A stretch of DNA of 64,000 nucleotides from Gammaproteobacteria bacterium (GTDB lineage: Bacteria > Pseudomonadota > Gammaproteobacteria > GRL18): the NCBI GenBank assembly GCA_027012135.1, contig JALUZF010000137.1:946-64945 (forward strand), given 5' to 3'. A model generated the notes under the pieces. The model worked only from the letters and a program-made list of their open reading frames with translations, made no database searches and was not told the DNA's origin. This document shows, piece by piece, positions 25,503-35,072 of this stretch (positions within the stretch are counted from its first letter, which is position 1; each line of letters begins with the position of its first letter). The position numbers and the translations under genes were made by a program.

Positions 25503-27485
25503 ATGTCAACTGCTGATACAGCTCCGAATGCAGAAAAACTAACCTTTACGCGTTTTAAGGACACACGGTTAGAACATACTGATAAACAAGAGTGGGATTC
25601 CTGGACTGACAATATTTTTCAGGCTGGTTGGTCACACAAATGTCCTACCTATATTAACAGAACTCCTCCTTGTCAAGGCAGTTGTCCTGCAGGTGAAGAT
25701 ATTCGTGGCTGGCTAGATATTGTACGCGGTGTTGAAAAGCCTGCCTTCGAAGGTATGACCATGCAGGAATATGCATTTCAGCGTTCAACAGATGCCAACC
25801 CATTCCCATCGGTTATGGGTCGAGTCTGTCCTGCACCCTGTGAAGACGGCTGTAACCGTAACGAACTTGATGATCATGTAGGTATTAACGCTGTTGAACA
25901 GTATATTGGTGACCAGGCTCGTGAAAACGGCTTTAAATTTAAGGTTGCTGATTCTGAAACAGGCAAAAAAGTCGCCATTATCGGTGGTGGTCCTGCTGGT
26001 CTGGCCGCAGCTTATCAACTGCGTCGTTTAGGTCATAGCTGTACCGTTTTTGATGATCATGCTGAACTGGGCGGAATGATGATGTACGGTATTCCAGGCT
26101 ATCGTGTGCCACGTGAAGTGCTGCATCATGAAATGAACCGTATTGTTGAGATGGGTGTGGACGTTAAATTAAATACCCGTGTCGGTACCGATGTAACAGT
26201 TGAAGATCTGGAAAAAGAATACGATGCTATTTTATGGGCCATCGGTTGTAAAGAAGGTCGTGGTCTGCCGGTTGAAGGCTTTGAAGAAGCGCCTAACTGT
26301 ATCAGCGGTGTTGCTTTCCTTGAGGCATTTAATGATGGTCGTCTGAAGCTGGCTTCTGACAAAGTTGTCTGTATCGGTGGTGGTGACACTTCTATTGACG
26401 TGGCATCCGTAGCTCGTCGTTTGGGTAAAATCTCCAATATTGCTGAAAAAGACTTACCAGAAAACGTAGTTCTTGGACATACCGCTCACGATGTGGCCGA
26501 TAGTGCTAATAAGGAAGGTGCAGAAGTTACTCTGTTATCTCGTTCTTCCATTGAGAACATGCCGGCAGCACAGCATGAAATCGACGATGCCCTGCGTGAA
26601 GGTGTGACTATTATTGGTTGCGTTAGCCCGATTAAAGTTATTCTGGATGAAAATGGTCGTGCAAAAGCACTGCGTGTTATCAAACTGGAAGAAGACGGCA
26701 AGACTCCAATTGAAGGTTCTGAATACGATATTGAAGCCACTCTTATTGTTTCTGCCATTGGTCAGAAAGGTGACATGACCGGTATTGAAGAGTTTGACAA
26801 TGGTCACGGCTTTATTGACGGTGATGCACACTACCAGGTTAAAGGCAAACCAGGACACTTCCTGGCGGGTGATATTGTACGTCCTCATCTGCTGACTACA
26901 GCCATTGGTCAGGCCGCTATTGCAGTTGAAACCATAGACCATTATCTGTGCCATCAGGACGAAGATCTGAAGAAACGTCCTAAAGTTGACAAGCATTACT
27001 TCAAACTTGAAAAGAAACTGGAAGAAGTAGGCCTGGCACCAAAACCTGCTCCGGTTCATGGCCATGAAAGTGTTCGTGGTACTTCAGAAGAAGATTTTGC
27101 AATTCATAACTATGAAGACCGATCCTCCAATGACATTATCAGCCATGACAAACTGTTCCTTGGACATTTTGAATATGAACCACGTCATAAGCGTAAAACT
27201 ATTGACGTAAGTTCTGATGAAGTTCTAGGTCACTTTGCAGAACGTCTGGTACCTCTGTCAGACGAAGAAGTCGTTGCAGAAGCCGGTCGTTGTATGAGCT
27301 GTGGTATGTGTTTTGAGTGTGATAACTGTGTTATCTACTGTCCACAGGATGCAGTTAAGAAGACACCTAAAGACAAAGCAACAACGGGTCGTTATGTTTA
27401 TACTGATTACTCTCGTTGTATTGGTTGTCATATCTGTAAAGATGTTTGTCCTACAGGCTATATTGATATGGGTCTGGGTGAATAA
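25503..27485 (+). CDS. dsrL: DsrL, NAD(P)H-dependent iron-sulfur flavoprotein
   Basis: 660 aa. GltD-like N-terminal Cys clusters, dinucleotide folds (IIGGGPAGLAAA, CIGGGDTSID) and a C-terminal 2x[4Fe-4S] ferredoxin (CMSCGMCFECDNC, CIGCHICKDVC). Confidence 0.9.
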   Translation: MSTADTAPNAEKLTFTRFKDTRLEHTDKQEWDSWTDNIFQAGWSHKCPTYINRTPPCQGSCPAGEDIRGWLDIVRGVEKPAFEGMTMQEYAFQRSTDANPFPSVMGRVCPAPCEDGCNRNELDDHVGINAVEQYIGDQARENGFKFKVADSETGKKVAIIGGGPAGLAAAYQLRRLGHSCTVFDDHAELGGMMMYGIPGYRVPREVLHHEMNRIVEMGVDVKLNTRVGTDVTVEDLEKEYDAILWAIGCKEGRGLPVEGFEEAPNCISGVAFLEAFNDGRLKLASDKVVCIGGGDTSIDVASVARRLGKISNIAEKDLPENVVLGHTAHDVADSANKEGAEVTLLSRSSIENMPAAQHEIDDALREGVTIIGCVSPIKVILDENGRAKALRVIKLEEDGKTPIEGSEYDIEATLIVSAIGQKGDMTGIEEFDNGHGFIDGDAHYQVKGKPGHFLAGDIVRPHLLTTAIGQAAIAVETIDHYLCHQDEDLKKRPKVDKHYFKLEKKLEEVGLAPKPAPVHGHESVRGTSEEDFAIHNYEDRSSNDIISHDKLFLGHFEYEPRHKRKTIDVSSDEVLGHFAERLVPLSDEEVVAEAGRCMSCGMCFECDNCVIYCPQDAVKKTPKDKATTGRYVYTDYSRCIGCHICKDVCPTGYIDMGLGE

Positions 27486-27493
27486 TCAGGAGA

Positions 27494-28078
27494 ATGAATG
27501 TGTGGTTGCAACTAAACATTAATTTTAGTTTTAGCTCCCTGCTTAAGGGGAGCTTGCAGAAATTACCACTCAGTGTTGCGGGGCTGGCTTTAATGGCCAG
27601 CTTCACTACTGTTAATGCAGAAGTAGAACAGGATGAACTGGGGCCGAGAATTGAAATTCCCGAATCCAGTGGTAAAAGCTGCGTACTGCCTGAAGACGAA
27701 ATTCGTCGGAAACATCCTGACATGCTTAAACATGATCGGATCCTGACGCTTCGTGAAGGTGTCAGAGCCAAAGCCGATGGTAATAATCTTGATGGTAGTT
27801 TAAAGCAGTGTATTAACTGCCATGCCATTAAAGATGATAACGATCAATATGTTCGCATTGATAATGACAAGCACTTCTGTGTTTCCTGTCATAAATATGC
27901 TGCAGTAACCATTGACTGTTTCCAGTGTCATAGAGACATTCCTGAAGGCAGTAGTAATTTTCATGCACTATCAGGTCATAAAAATACTGACTTCAGCTCC
28001 GTAACTCCAGGTAGTTATGGTTTGACAGTTAAGGATATGGCCAATATTGCCCCTGAGGTTAGTTCAGATGACAAGTAA
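27494..28078 (+). CDS. dsrJ: DsrJ, periplasmic triheme cytochrome c
   Basis: 194 aa. Signal peptide and three CxxCH motifs (CINCH, CVSCH, CFQCH). The exact start is uncertain (ATG 27494 or GTG 27500). Confidence 0.9.
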   Translation: MNVWLQLNINFSFSSLLKGSLQKLPLSVAGLALMASFTTVNAEVEQDELGPRIEIPESSGKSCVLPEDEIRRKHPDMLKHDRILTLREGVRAKADGNNLDGSLKQCINCHAIKDDNDQYVRIDNDKHFCVSCHKYAAVTIDCFQCHRDIPEGSSNFHALSGHKNTDFSSVTPGSYGLTVKDMANIAPEVSSDDK

Positions 28079-28805
28079 GATCGAAAAAGAAGATTTATCC
28101 CGTCGTAACTTTGTCTTTGGTTCGATTGCTGCAGCGGGTTTGACGGTTGCTCCGGGTGTTATGCTCTATCAGACTGCAAATGCTCGTGATTTGAGTAAAC
28201 CCGTCAGTTCAAAAGTCCGCTGGGGTATGTTAATCGATACCACTAAAGATGTTGACTGGAACAAATGTGTTGAAGCCTGTGTTAAAGAACATGGTCTGGG
28301 TAATGAAGAACATTCCAGAGCGGATCAGAGAACACAGTATATCCGGGTGGTTGATGTAAAAAATAAAACCACCGGCTATAGCATGTCATTACCGGTAATG
28401 TGCCAGCATTGTGAAAAGCCACCTTGCGTAGATGTCTGTCCAACAGGGGCATCCATGAAACGTGAAGACGGTATTGTACTGGTTGACAGACACCGCTGTA
28501 TTGGCTGTCGTTATTGTATGATGGCCTGTCCTTATAAGGCTCGCTCCTTTGTTCATGAAACACTGACTGATCAGAAAACAACGACCCCGCGTGGTAAGGG
28601 TTGTGTTGAATCCTGTAATATGTGTGTGAATCGTGTTGATAACGGTCAGTTGCCTGCCTGTGTAGAAGTCAGTGAAGGCGCTATTGTTTTTGGGGATCTT
28701 AATGATCCTGAAAGTGATATTTCCAGATTACTTGCCAAACATGGCGGTAAGCAGATTCGTGCAGACTTGAAACTGAACCCAGGTGTTCAGTATCAAGGCA
28801 TATAA
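28068..28805 (+). CDS. dsrO: DsrO, periplasmic ferredoxin-like subunit
   Basis: Tat motif SRRNFV just after ATG 28068. Multiple ferredoxin Cys clusters (CQHCEKPPCVDVC, CIGCRYCMMAC). Overlaps the dsrJ end. Confidence 0.9.
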   Translation: MTSKIEKEDLSRRNFVFGSIAAAGLTVAPGVMLYQTANARDLSKPVSSKVRWGMLIDTTKDVDWNKCVEACVKEHGLGNEEHSRADQRTQYIRVVDVKNKTTGYSMSLPVMCQHCEKPPCVDVCPTGASMKREDGIVLVDRHRCIGCRYCMMACPYKARSFVHETLTDQKTTTPRGKGCVESCNMCVNRVDNGQLPACVEVSEGAIVFGDLNDPESDISRLLAKHGGKQIRADLKLNPGVQYQGI

Positions 28806-28853
28806 CTTGTTTTTTAATAAGTATTAATTTACCTGGTGTAACGAGACTACAAA

Positions 28854-30056
28854 ATGAAAAAATTACACTTTCTAGAAGTTGAAGGGAATACCAAGGGTTT
28901 TTATACCTTCCTGGGAATTTTTGGTTTGATTTCCCTGATTGGCGTACTTGCTGCCTATTATATGGAACACCACGGACACTATGTTACTGGAATGAGTAAT
29001 CAGGTGGTCTGGGGCACACCGCATGTATTTGCAATTTTCCTGATTGTTGCGGCCTCTGGAGCTCTTAATGTGGCTTCTATATCATCAGTCTTTGCCAAAA
29101 CGGCTTATAAACCGCTGGCTCGTTTATCAGGTATGTTGGCTATGGCTCTTCTGGCTGGCGGTCTGGTGGTACTGCTGCTGGATCTGGGTCGTCCTGATCG
29201 ACTGATTGTAGCTATGACCAGGTTTAACTTTGTGTCTATCTTTACCTGGAATATTTTCCTCTATACTGGTTTTATGGGTATAGTTGCAATTTACTTATGG
29301 ACCATGATGGACAGACCTTATAACAATCTGACTAAAAAAGCAGGTATGGTTGCCTTTATCTGGCGTCTTATCCTGACCACTGGTACCGGTTCTATCTTTG
29401 GCTTCCTGATCTCCCGTGAAGCTTATGATACGGCTTTACTGGCTCCTATGTTCATTATTATGTCTTTTTCATTTGGTCTGGCTTTCTTTATGCTGGTGTT
29501 AATGGCCTCTTATAAATATACTGACCGTCCACTGGGTGACTATGTCATCAATCGCCTGAAAAATCTGCTGGGTGTGTTTGTTGCCGCGGTTCTGTATTTT
29601 GTTATTGTTTATCATATTACTAATCTGTATTCTGCGGATCATCGCGGTGTTTCCATTTTTGTCCTTTCCGCAGGTGGTATATACACCTTCCTGTTCTGGG
29701 TCGTTCAAATTGGTCTGGGTACCGTATTACCTTTATTCCTGTTATACGGTCCTACGGGTAAAAACCGTACTATGATTGGTCTTGCCTCCCTGCTTATTAT
29801 TATAGGTGCACTGGCCCAGTTATACATTATTATTATCGGAGGGCAGGCCTATCCAATGGTAATGTTCCCAGGTATGGAAGTCAGTTCCTCCTTTTATGAT
29901 GGGGTAGTGGCCTCTTATGCGCCATCTCTGCCAGAAGTTCTGCTGGGTCTGGGTGGTGTTGGTGTGACCTTATTGCTGGTCACTATCGCAGTAGCTGCAC
30001 TGAAATTCCTGCCAGCCAGTCTCGCTGATGAAGTAGTAGACCCTCATGCAAAATAA
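28854..30056 (+). CDS. dsrP: DsrP, NrfD/PsrC-type integral membrane subunit
   Basis: 400 aa, about 10 TM segments, in the canonical last position of dsrMKJOP. Confidence 0.9.
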   Translation: MKKLHFLEVEGNTKGFYTFLGIFGLISLIGVLAAYYMEHHGHYVTGMSNQVVWGTPHVFAIFLIVAASGALNVASISSVFAKTAYKPLARLSGMLAMALLAGGLVVLLLDLGRPDRLIVAMTRFNFVSIFTWNIFLYTGFMGIVAIYLWTMMDRPYNNLTKKAGMVAFIWRLILTTGTGSIFGFLISREAYDTALLAPMFIIMSFSFGLAFFMLVLMASYKYTDRPLGDYVINRLKNLLGVFVAAVLYFVIVYHITNLYSADHRGVSIFVLSAGGIYTFLFWVVQIGLGTVLPLFLLYGPTGKNRTMIGLASLLIIIGALAQLYIIIIGGQAYPMVMFPGMEVSSSFYDGVVASYAPSLPEVLLGLGGVGVTLLLVTIAVAALKFLPASLADEVVDPHAK

Positions 30057-30078
30057 ATCTTAATTTTATCTTTTGCAT

Positions 30079-30108
30079 AAAAAAGCCGGTTTAAAACCGG
30101 CTTTTTTA
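30079..30108. terminator. Bidirectional rho-independent terminator
   Basis: aaaaagccggttt-aaaaccggctttttt, between the convergent dsrP and the hydroxylase gene. Confidence 0.75.
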
Positions 30109-30154
30109 TTTCAGGGATTTTAATCTCAAGTCTATAAGAAAGTTTTTACAGGCC

Positions 30155-30832
30155 TCAGGTATCTGCCCACATTTGTACCAGTTTAATATAGGTAACATCC
30201 ACGCCCTGTGTTTCATCAGCCTGGGGTTTTTCTCTCAAAAGTTTTTCCCGCGCCTGCCATAACTCGTAAAGTACCTCACGCTTATTGGCATCCTGGATCA
30301 TGCTCTGAGCCCAGGTGACGCATACCAGACGTTCTCCATCCGTCACCTTATCCACATAATGCCAGCTGGTAGAAGGATAGACAATGGCACTGCCGGCTTT
30401 TAAACGGGCACGGTGTTCCCCGTATTTGGTGACAATAACCAGGTCTCCACCTTCGTATTCTGACGGATCATTTAAAAAAATAGTGGTAGAGACATCGGTC
30501 CGGTACATATTGGGCATCTGACCCATAATCGGGTTGTCGATGTGTCCACCATAGCCCATGCCTTTTCGATACCGGGCAAGAAAGGGGGCGCCGATTTTTT
30601 TCATCATGACAGCGGCTTTATAAATTTCGTTATTTATCAGGCTGCCCATCAGAATATTATTGAGAGACTGCATCTGTGGTGAACCATCCTGAACCAGTTC
30701 CTCGTTGTTTTTAACCTGCTGTGCCACGTCTCCGGCCGATATTTTACCGTCCACAAAACTGGCCTGTTTTAATACCGCCTGTATGGATTTAAGTTGCTGA
30801 GGATTAATAACGTCAGGGATCTCAAGTAACAT
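30155..30832 (-). CDS. PKHD-type Fe(II)/2-oxoglutarate hydroxylase (PiuC/YbiX-like)
   Basis: 225 aa from ATG 30832 (GGAG 6 nt upstream). Collinear with E. coli YbiX. HxD (GGHIDN) and a distal His (TSWHYV). Confidence 0.85.
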   Translation of the reverse strand: MLLEIPDVINPQQLKSIQAVLKQASFVDGKISAGDVAQQVKNNEELVQDGSPQMQSLNNILMGSLINNEIYKAAVMMKKIGAPFLARYRKGMGYGGHIDNPIMGQMPNMYRTDVSTTIFLNDPSEYEGGDLVIVTKYGEHRARLKAGSAIVYPSTSWHYVDKVTDGERLVCVTWAQSMIQDANKREVLYELWQAREKLLREKPQADETQGVDVTYIKLVQMWADT

Positions 30833-30929
30833 GACTAACTCCATAGTGATAATTTTTATTACTTGAAGTTTACGAGATTATCCCCATATAGACTATACAT
30901 TTTTTATTTATTCTTGATATGGGGCAACT

Positions 30930-31265
30930 ATGATAAGGGTTTTAAATGTCGTTATTGACGGTAATATGTATTCAGTCAATGTGGAAGAGGAAATACTGAT
31001 GTCAGCGACTGATCTGTTTGATAAAATGGATCAGGATATGAGTAAGGGCTGGACACTGGGACGTGATTTTGTTGAAAATCCCAATATCACGGAACGTTGC
31101 CAGATTGTCGCTGATAAATTACTAACCGCCATAGAAGATGAGAATGAACAGATGAAATCCATGATGGCGGGGTATATTCTTTCCCGGGTTCCCAATATTA
31201 TGACACTTTATATTGATAATACCGGTGAAATACAGGAAACCCAGATCGAACTGGCACCTCAGTAA
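30930..31265 (+). CDS. Hypothetical protein (111 aa)
   Basis: Clean ORF followed closely by the next gene. No recognised domain. Confidence 0.5.
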   Translation: MIRVLNVVIDGNMYSVNVEEEILMSATDLFDKMDQDMSKGWTLGRDFVENPNITERCQIVADKLLTAIEDENEQMKSMMAGYILSRVPNIMTLYIDNTGEIQETQIELAPQ

Positions 31266-31296
31266 AATTCTTGATCAGAGTACAGGATTAGAAAAA

Positions 31297-31851
31297 ATGC
31301 GCATAAAATCCAAATGGGGTAAAAATAAAAAAGAACGCAGTGTAGAAGACAATGCCAGTGCAGCGGCCTTTATTGCCTGGAAAGTTGCCCAGGATGCCTT
31401 GCTTAACCTTGAGAATGAAGACTATCAGACCGATACCCTCAAGCAGAGAATGGATGTGGTGGTAGAATTTGTTATCTACCTGGCACACCTGGCTGATCGT
31501 ATTACTTATGAACAAATGACCCCGGAAGAACGGGAAGCCTTTGTGGTATCTATGGTTAAACATTTAGCGCGCAATGTACAGTCCAGTATGGAAGATATTG
31601 AAGGTGTCAAAGACTATAAGGAAAATTTCATTAACCTGGTTAATGAAAGAATGTCTGACTATGCTGAAATGCCCTTTGATGATGGTGAACCCAGCTTTAC
31701 CATGCGCCGTTACCTGGGTACCCGGGTACAGGAAGTTATGGGTGAACGACACAATAAATGGATCGAAACTCAGGTACTGGAAATCAATGCTCCGGAAGCT
31801 GCCAGGCACCTTAAAAAAGCCATTAACGATCTATACAAACCCGCTTTTTAA
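31297..31851 (+). CDS. Hypothetical protein (184 aa)
   Basis: ATG 31297 preceded by AGGA. The track ORF starts at an upstream TTG that overlaps the previous gene. No recognised domain. Confidence 0.55.
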   Translation: MRIKSKWGKNKKERSVEDNASAAAFIAWKVAQDALLNLENEDYQTDTLKQRMDVVVEFVIYLAHLADRITYEQMTPEEREAFVVSMVKHLARNVQSSMEDIEGVKDYKENFINLVNERMSDYAEMPFDDGEPSFTMRRYLGTRVQEVMGERHNKWIETQVLEINAPEAARHLKKAINDLYKPAF

Positions 31852-32015
31852 TATCCCACACCTCTGGAAATAGACTAAATATTACTTGATTGTTTTTCTT
31901 GATAGGTTAATATAAAGTCCTTGCCTAAAAAAGGGCTAACGCTCTATGAATTAGTTTTCTGGAGCTAACGTTATTATTTACTATTACAATAAAATCAAAT
32001 ATCAGGATTGACCTT

Positions 32016-32756
32016 TTGACATTAAGTCCTCTTTATTTTCAGGAAATCCGGGAACATCATTTATTTAAAGAGCTGTCGGATGACTGTTTTGAGCACGTTA
32101 TTCAAAATGCCGGGGTTCTGTTTTTAAAGAAAAATGAACTCTTATACGAATGTGGTTTAAAAGCCCGACAGTTCTTTCTTATCCATTCCGGGCAAATCGC
32201 CTTATTTCAGATGTCCCTGGACGGCAACGAAAAAATTATTAATCTGTATGATTCGGCTCAAGTGTTTGCAGAAGATATCATGTTCAGTGATGAAAAATGC
32301 TACCCAACCTGTGCCCGGGCCTGCAGCGATACCACGTTATTTTATTTTGATGCTCAGCACTTTCGCAGGCAGTTGTATGACTATCCCGGTCTGTGTTTTT
32401 CTATTATGTCCGATCTTAGTTCCCGGCTGCATGAGCAGATTCAGGAAATAGTTGAGCTGTCTATTTATGATGCCCAGTACCGTCTGATCAGATATTTACT
32501 TAAGAAAGCCTGCAAGGGGGATTTACAGTCCTGCCGGCCTGTTATTGTGCTGGCGACCACCAAAACACTGCTGGCTTCCAGACTGTCAATTACACCGGAA
32601 ACGTTTTCCAGAATACTCTCCAGATTAAAAAAGCAGGGATTGATCTCTATTGATGAGTCTGTGATAACGCTGAATGAACCGGAACTGCTGAAACAGCTTA
32701 TTGGTTATAATGAATGCTCTTTTTCAACCGAAAAACAGATGGTTTCTGTGGTTTGA
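32016..32756 (+). CDS. Crp/Fnr-family transcriptional regulator
   Basis: 246 aa, TTG start. N-terminal cNMP-binding-like domain and C-terminal HTH (TKTLLASRLSITPETFSRILSRLKKQGLI). No N-terminal FNR Cys cluster. Confidence 0.8.
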   Translation: MTLSPLYFQEIREHHLFKELSDDCFEHVIQNAGVLFLKKNELLYECGLKARQFFLIHSGQIALFQMSLDGNEKIINLYDSAQVFAEDIMFSDEKCYPTCARACSDTTLFYFDAQHFRRQLYDYPGLCFSIMSDLSSRLHEQIQEIVELSIYDAQYRLIRYLLKKACKGDLQSCRPVIVLATTKTLLASRLSITPETFSRILSRLKKQGLISIDESVITLNEPELLKQLIGYNECSFSTEKQMVSVV

Positions 32757-32815
32757 TTTTTCTGAGACTTAAGCCTTAAGGGTAAATCTTAGGCAATTGA
32801 GCATAAAAAGTACAT

Positions 32816-32848
32816 AAAAAAACCGGCTAATAAAAGCCGGTTTTTTAT
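32816..32848. terminator. Bidirectional rho-independent terminator
   Basis: aaaaaaaccggct-aataaa-agccggtttttt, between convergent genes. Confidence 0.75.
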
Positions 32849-32907
32849 GCTATAAATAGGTTTTATACCTGCAGGATTCAGGTATAAAACTTAAATATAA
32901 GGAAATA

Positions 32908-33099
32908 TTATTTCCAGTCAGCGTAGCCTTCCATATTCTTTTCCAGGCCGTCTTCATAACCAGCACTGTAGGCTTCGGTAACACGTTGTTCTTCACGTTC
33001 CGGGTTACATACATAACCACCTTGCCAACCCTGGATATACTCCGGGTTTACACCTTCAGATTCCATTTTTACAGTAAAATCATGATATTCTTGGTTCAT
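32908..33099 (-). CDS. Small hypothetical protein (63 aa)
   Basis: Isolated ORF with the terminator downstream. No recognised domain. Confidence 0.5.
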   Translation of the reverse strand: MNQEYHDFTVKMESEGVNPEYIQGWQGGYVCNPEREEQRVTEAYSAGYEDGLEKNMEGYADWK

Positions 33100-33569
33100 A
33101 GGTTTTTCCTTTACGTTTCCAGTCAGTTAAAATCGTATGAGCATATAAGCAGACTGTGACAAAATAATAATTCGCTTATATTAAATGATCTTTATATAAA
33201 TTTCCAGTAATAGCCTGAAAATTTCTAATAGCATTTGCTATTGTTTGTGACTACCTGGCCACAGGCCAAACCTGAAGTTTATTTGTAGCACAAATAGGGC
33301 TCAGATTCTGCTTAGAATCTGACTGCATGTGAGTATACTTACTGGACAGCCTCAACGGTATATCTCTATAGGATAGGATTGAAAAAAATTTTGTGAATAT
33401 TATAAAAAAGGGTATTATTTTATAATTAACCAAGTAATTTACTCGGATATTATGGTAGAATATTTCTATTCGAGAATGGAACAATAGCATTCTTATGTCC
33501 AATATCATTTTTCATATATTAACTGGAAAATATGATATTAAAAAGCGAGCGAATAAGTAGAGATAAACA

Positions 33570-34001
33570 ATGAACTTAACTGAAGAAGATATGATGGATC
33601 TGGACAGCGGCCTTAAAGCCCTGGAAGACAAGCACTTTACCCGTGCTGTACAATTATTATCCCCCCTGGCTGAAAAAGGGGTACCTGAAGCCCAGCACCG
33701 TATGGCGGTCATGTACCAGAATGGGCTGGGTGTCCATCGAAATGAAACGGCTGCAGCCCTGTGGATGAAAATGGCAGCCGATGGCGGTTATGAACTGGCC
33801 TGGCATGGTATGGGTTTTATGTATATGGAAGGCGAAGGTGTTGATAAAAATGCTGAAGAAGCCGTTAAATGGTTTAAAAAAGGCATTGAAGCCGGACTGA
33901 TTGGCTCCATGACTACCCTGGCTATGATGTATAAGGAAGGTAATGGTGTAGAACAGGATCTGGAAGAAGCCGAGCGGCTGATGAAACAGGCTGGGTTTTA
34001 A
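33570..34001 (+). CDS. Cytoplasmic Sel1-repeat protein
   Basis: 143 aa, no signal peptide. Three Sel1-type repeats (AQHRMAVMYQNGLGV, GMGFMYMEGEGV, LAMMYKEGNGV). Confidence 0.85.
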   Translation: MNLTEEDMMDLDSGLKALEDKHFTRAVQLLSPLAEKGVPEAQHRMAVMYQNGLGVHRNETAAALWMKMAADGGYELAWHGMGFMYMEGEGVDKNAEEAVKWFKKGIEAGLIGSMTTLAMMYKEGNGVEQDLEEAERLMKQAGF

Positions 34002-34028
34002 ATAAAAGATTAAGATAGCGAGAATTAA

Positions 34029-35072
34029 ATGAGAGCGTCACAACTATTTACCGTCCTGGACCAGGAATTTGAAGGTACTAAAACCGGACACCATACCCCG
34101 GTAATGATCTGGGGGCCGCCGGGCGTGGGTAAATCCCAGTTAGTCAGCCAGGTCGCCCAAAAGCATGATCGTACCCTGATTGATATTCGTCTGTCCCAGA
34201 TGGAACCCAGTGATTTACGGGGTATTCCGTTTAAGGATGGTGATAAAGTGGAATGGGCAGTACCTTCTATGTTGCCGGATGTTCAAAAACACGGTGCAGA
34301 AGGTATTCTGTTTCTGGATGAAATCACCTCTGCACCACCCAGTGTATCTGCTGCGGCATATCAGCTTATTCTGGATCGCCGTCTGGGGGATTATCAGATC
34401 CCTGACGGCTGGGCAATTTTTGCCGCCGGTAACCGTCAGGGTGACCGCGGGGTCACCTATAGTATGCCGGCACCGCTGGCTAACCGTTTTTCCCATTATG
34501 AATTTGATATTAACCTGGATGACTGGGTACACTGGGCTTACCAGAGTGGTATTGATGAGCGGGTTATTGCCTTCCTGCGTTTTCGTCCGGATCTGTTATT
34601 TGATTTTGACCCGGCCCATAATCCGGTGGCTTTCCCATCTCCCCGTACCTGGGAGTTTGTGCATAAGGCTCTGAATAAATTTATGGATCATCCTGAACTG
34701 TTCCTGGGTGCTCTGCAGTCCTGCGTCGGTCCTGCGGCCGGTATTGAGCTTAATGCCTTTATTGCCAACCTGGATGAAATGCCGGATCTGGATGCCATTA
34801 TTAATGGAGAAGATGTACCCACCCCTTCAGAAATCGATCTGCAGTATGCCGTGGCCTCCGCTCTGGTAGGACGTGCTATTCGGGCTAAAGGTACAGATGA
34901 AGCGAATAAAACTTATACCAATATCCTCAGGTACGCATCCAGTTTCCGCCAGAAAGAAATGGGGGTAATGCTGGTTTCTGATATGCACCGGGCCATTGGT
35001 GAAGAGCTTTTCAGTGTTGAAGAATTTGCTAACTGGGCGGATGCCATAGCCGATATTATGTTGTATGGATGA
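34029..35072 (+). CDS. MoxR-class AAA+ ATPase
   Basis: 347 aa. Walker A GPPGVGKS, Walker B ILFLDEIT, and MoxR-like LDRRLGDYQIPDGWAIFAAGN and ANRF motifs. Confidence 0.85.
   Translation: MRASQLFTVLDQEFEGTKTGHHTPVMIWGPPGVGKSQLVSQVAQKHDRTLIDIRLSQMEPSDLRGIPFKDGDKVEWAVPSMLPDVQKHGAEGILFLDEITSAPPSVSAAAYQLILDRRLGDYQIPDGWAIFAAGNRQGDRGVTYSMPAPLANRFSHYEFDINLDDWVHWAYQSGIDERVIAFLRFRPDLLFDFDPAHNPVAFPSPRTWEFVHKALNKFMDHPELFLGALQSCVGPAAGIELNAFIANLDEMPDLDAIINGEDVPTPSEIDLQYAVASALVGRAIRAKGTDEANKTYTNILRYASSFRQKEMGVMLVSDMHRAIGEELFSVEEFANWADAIADIMLYG

Noticed and set aside
18777-30056. Considered whether the dsr locus is the reductive (sulfate/sulfite-reducing) type
   Set aside because: The presence of dsrEFH and dsrL directly linked to dsrAB and dsrC, and the absence of dsrD, is the established signature of the oxidative (reverse) Dsr pathway.
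33301-33322. 9-bp stem / 4-nt loop hairpin (tcagattct-gctt-agaatctga)
   Set aside because: No U-run on either strand, it is not adjacent to a gene end, and it is a single occurrence. This is too weak to call a terminator or regulatory element.
33251-33712. Two minus-strand ORFs (85 and 66 aa) upstream of and overlapping the Sel1 gene start
   Set aside because: They lie in an AT-rich promoter region with low-complexity products. The second overlaps the well-supported Sel1-repeat CDS in antisense.
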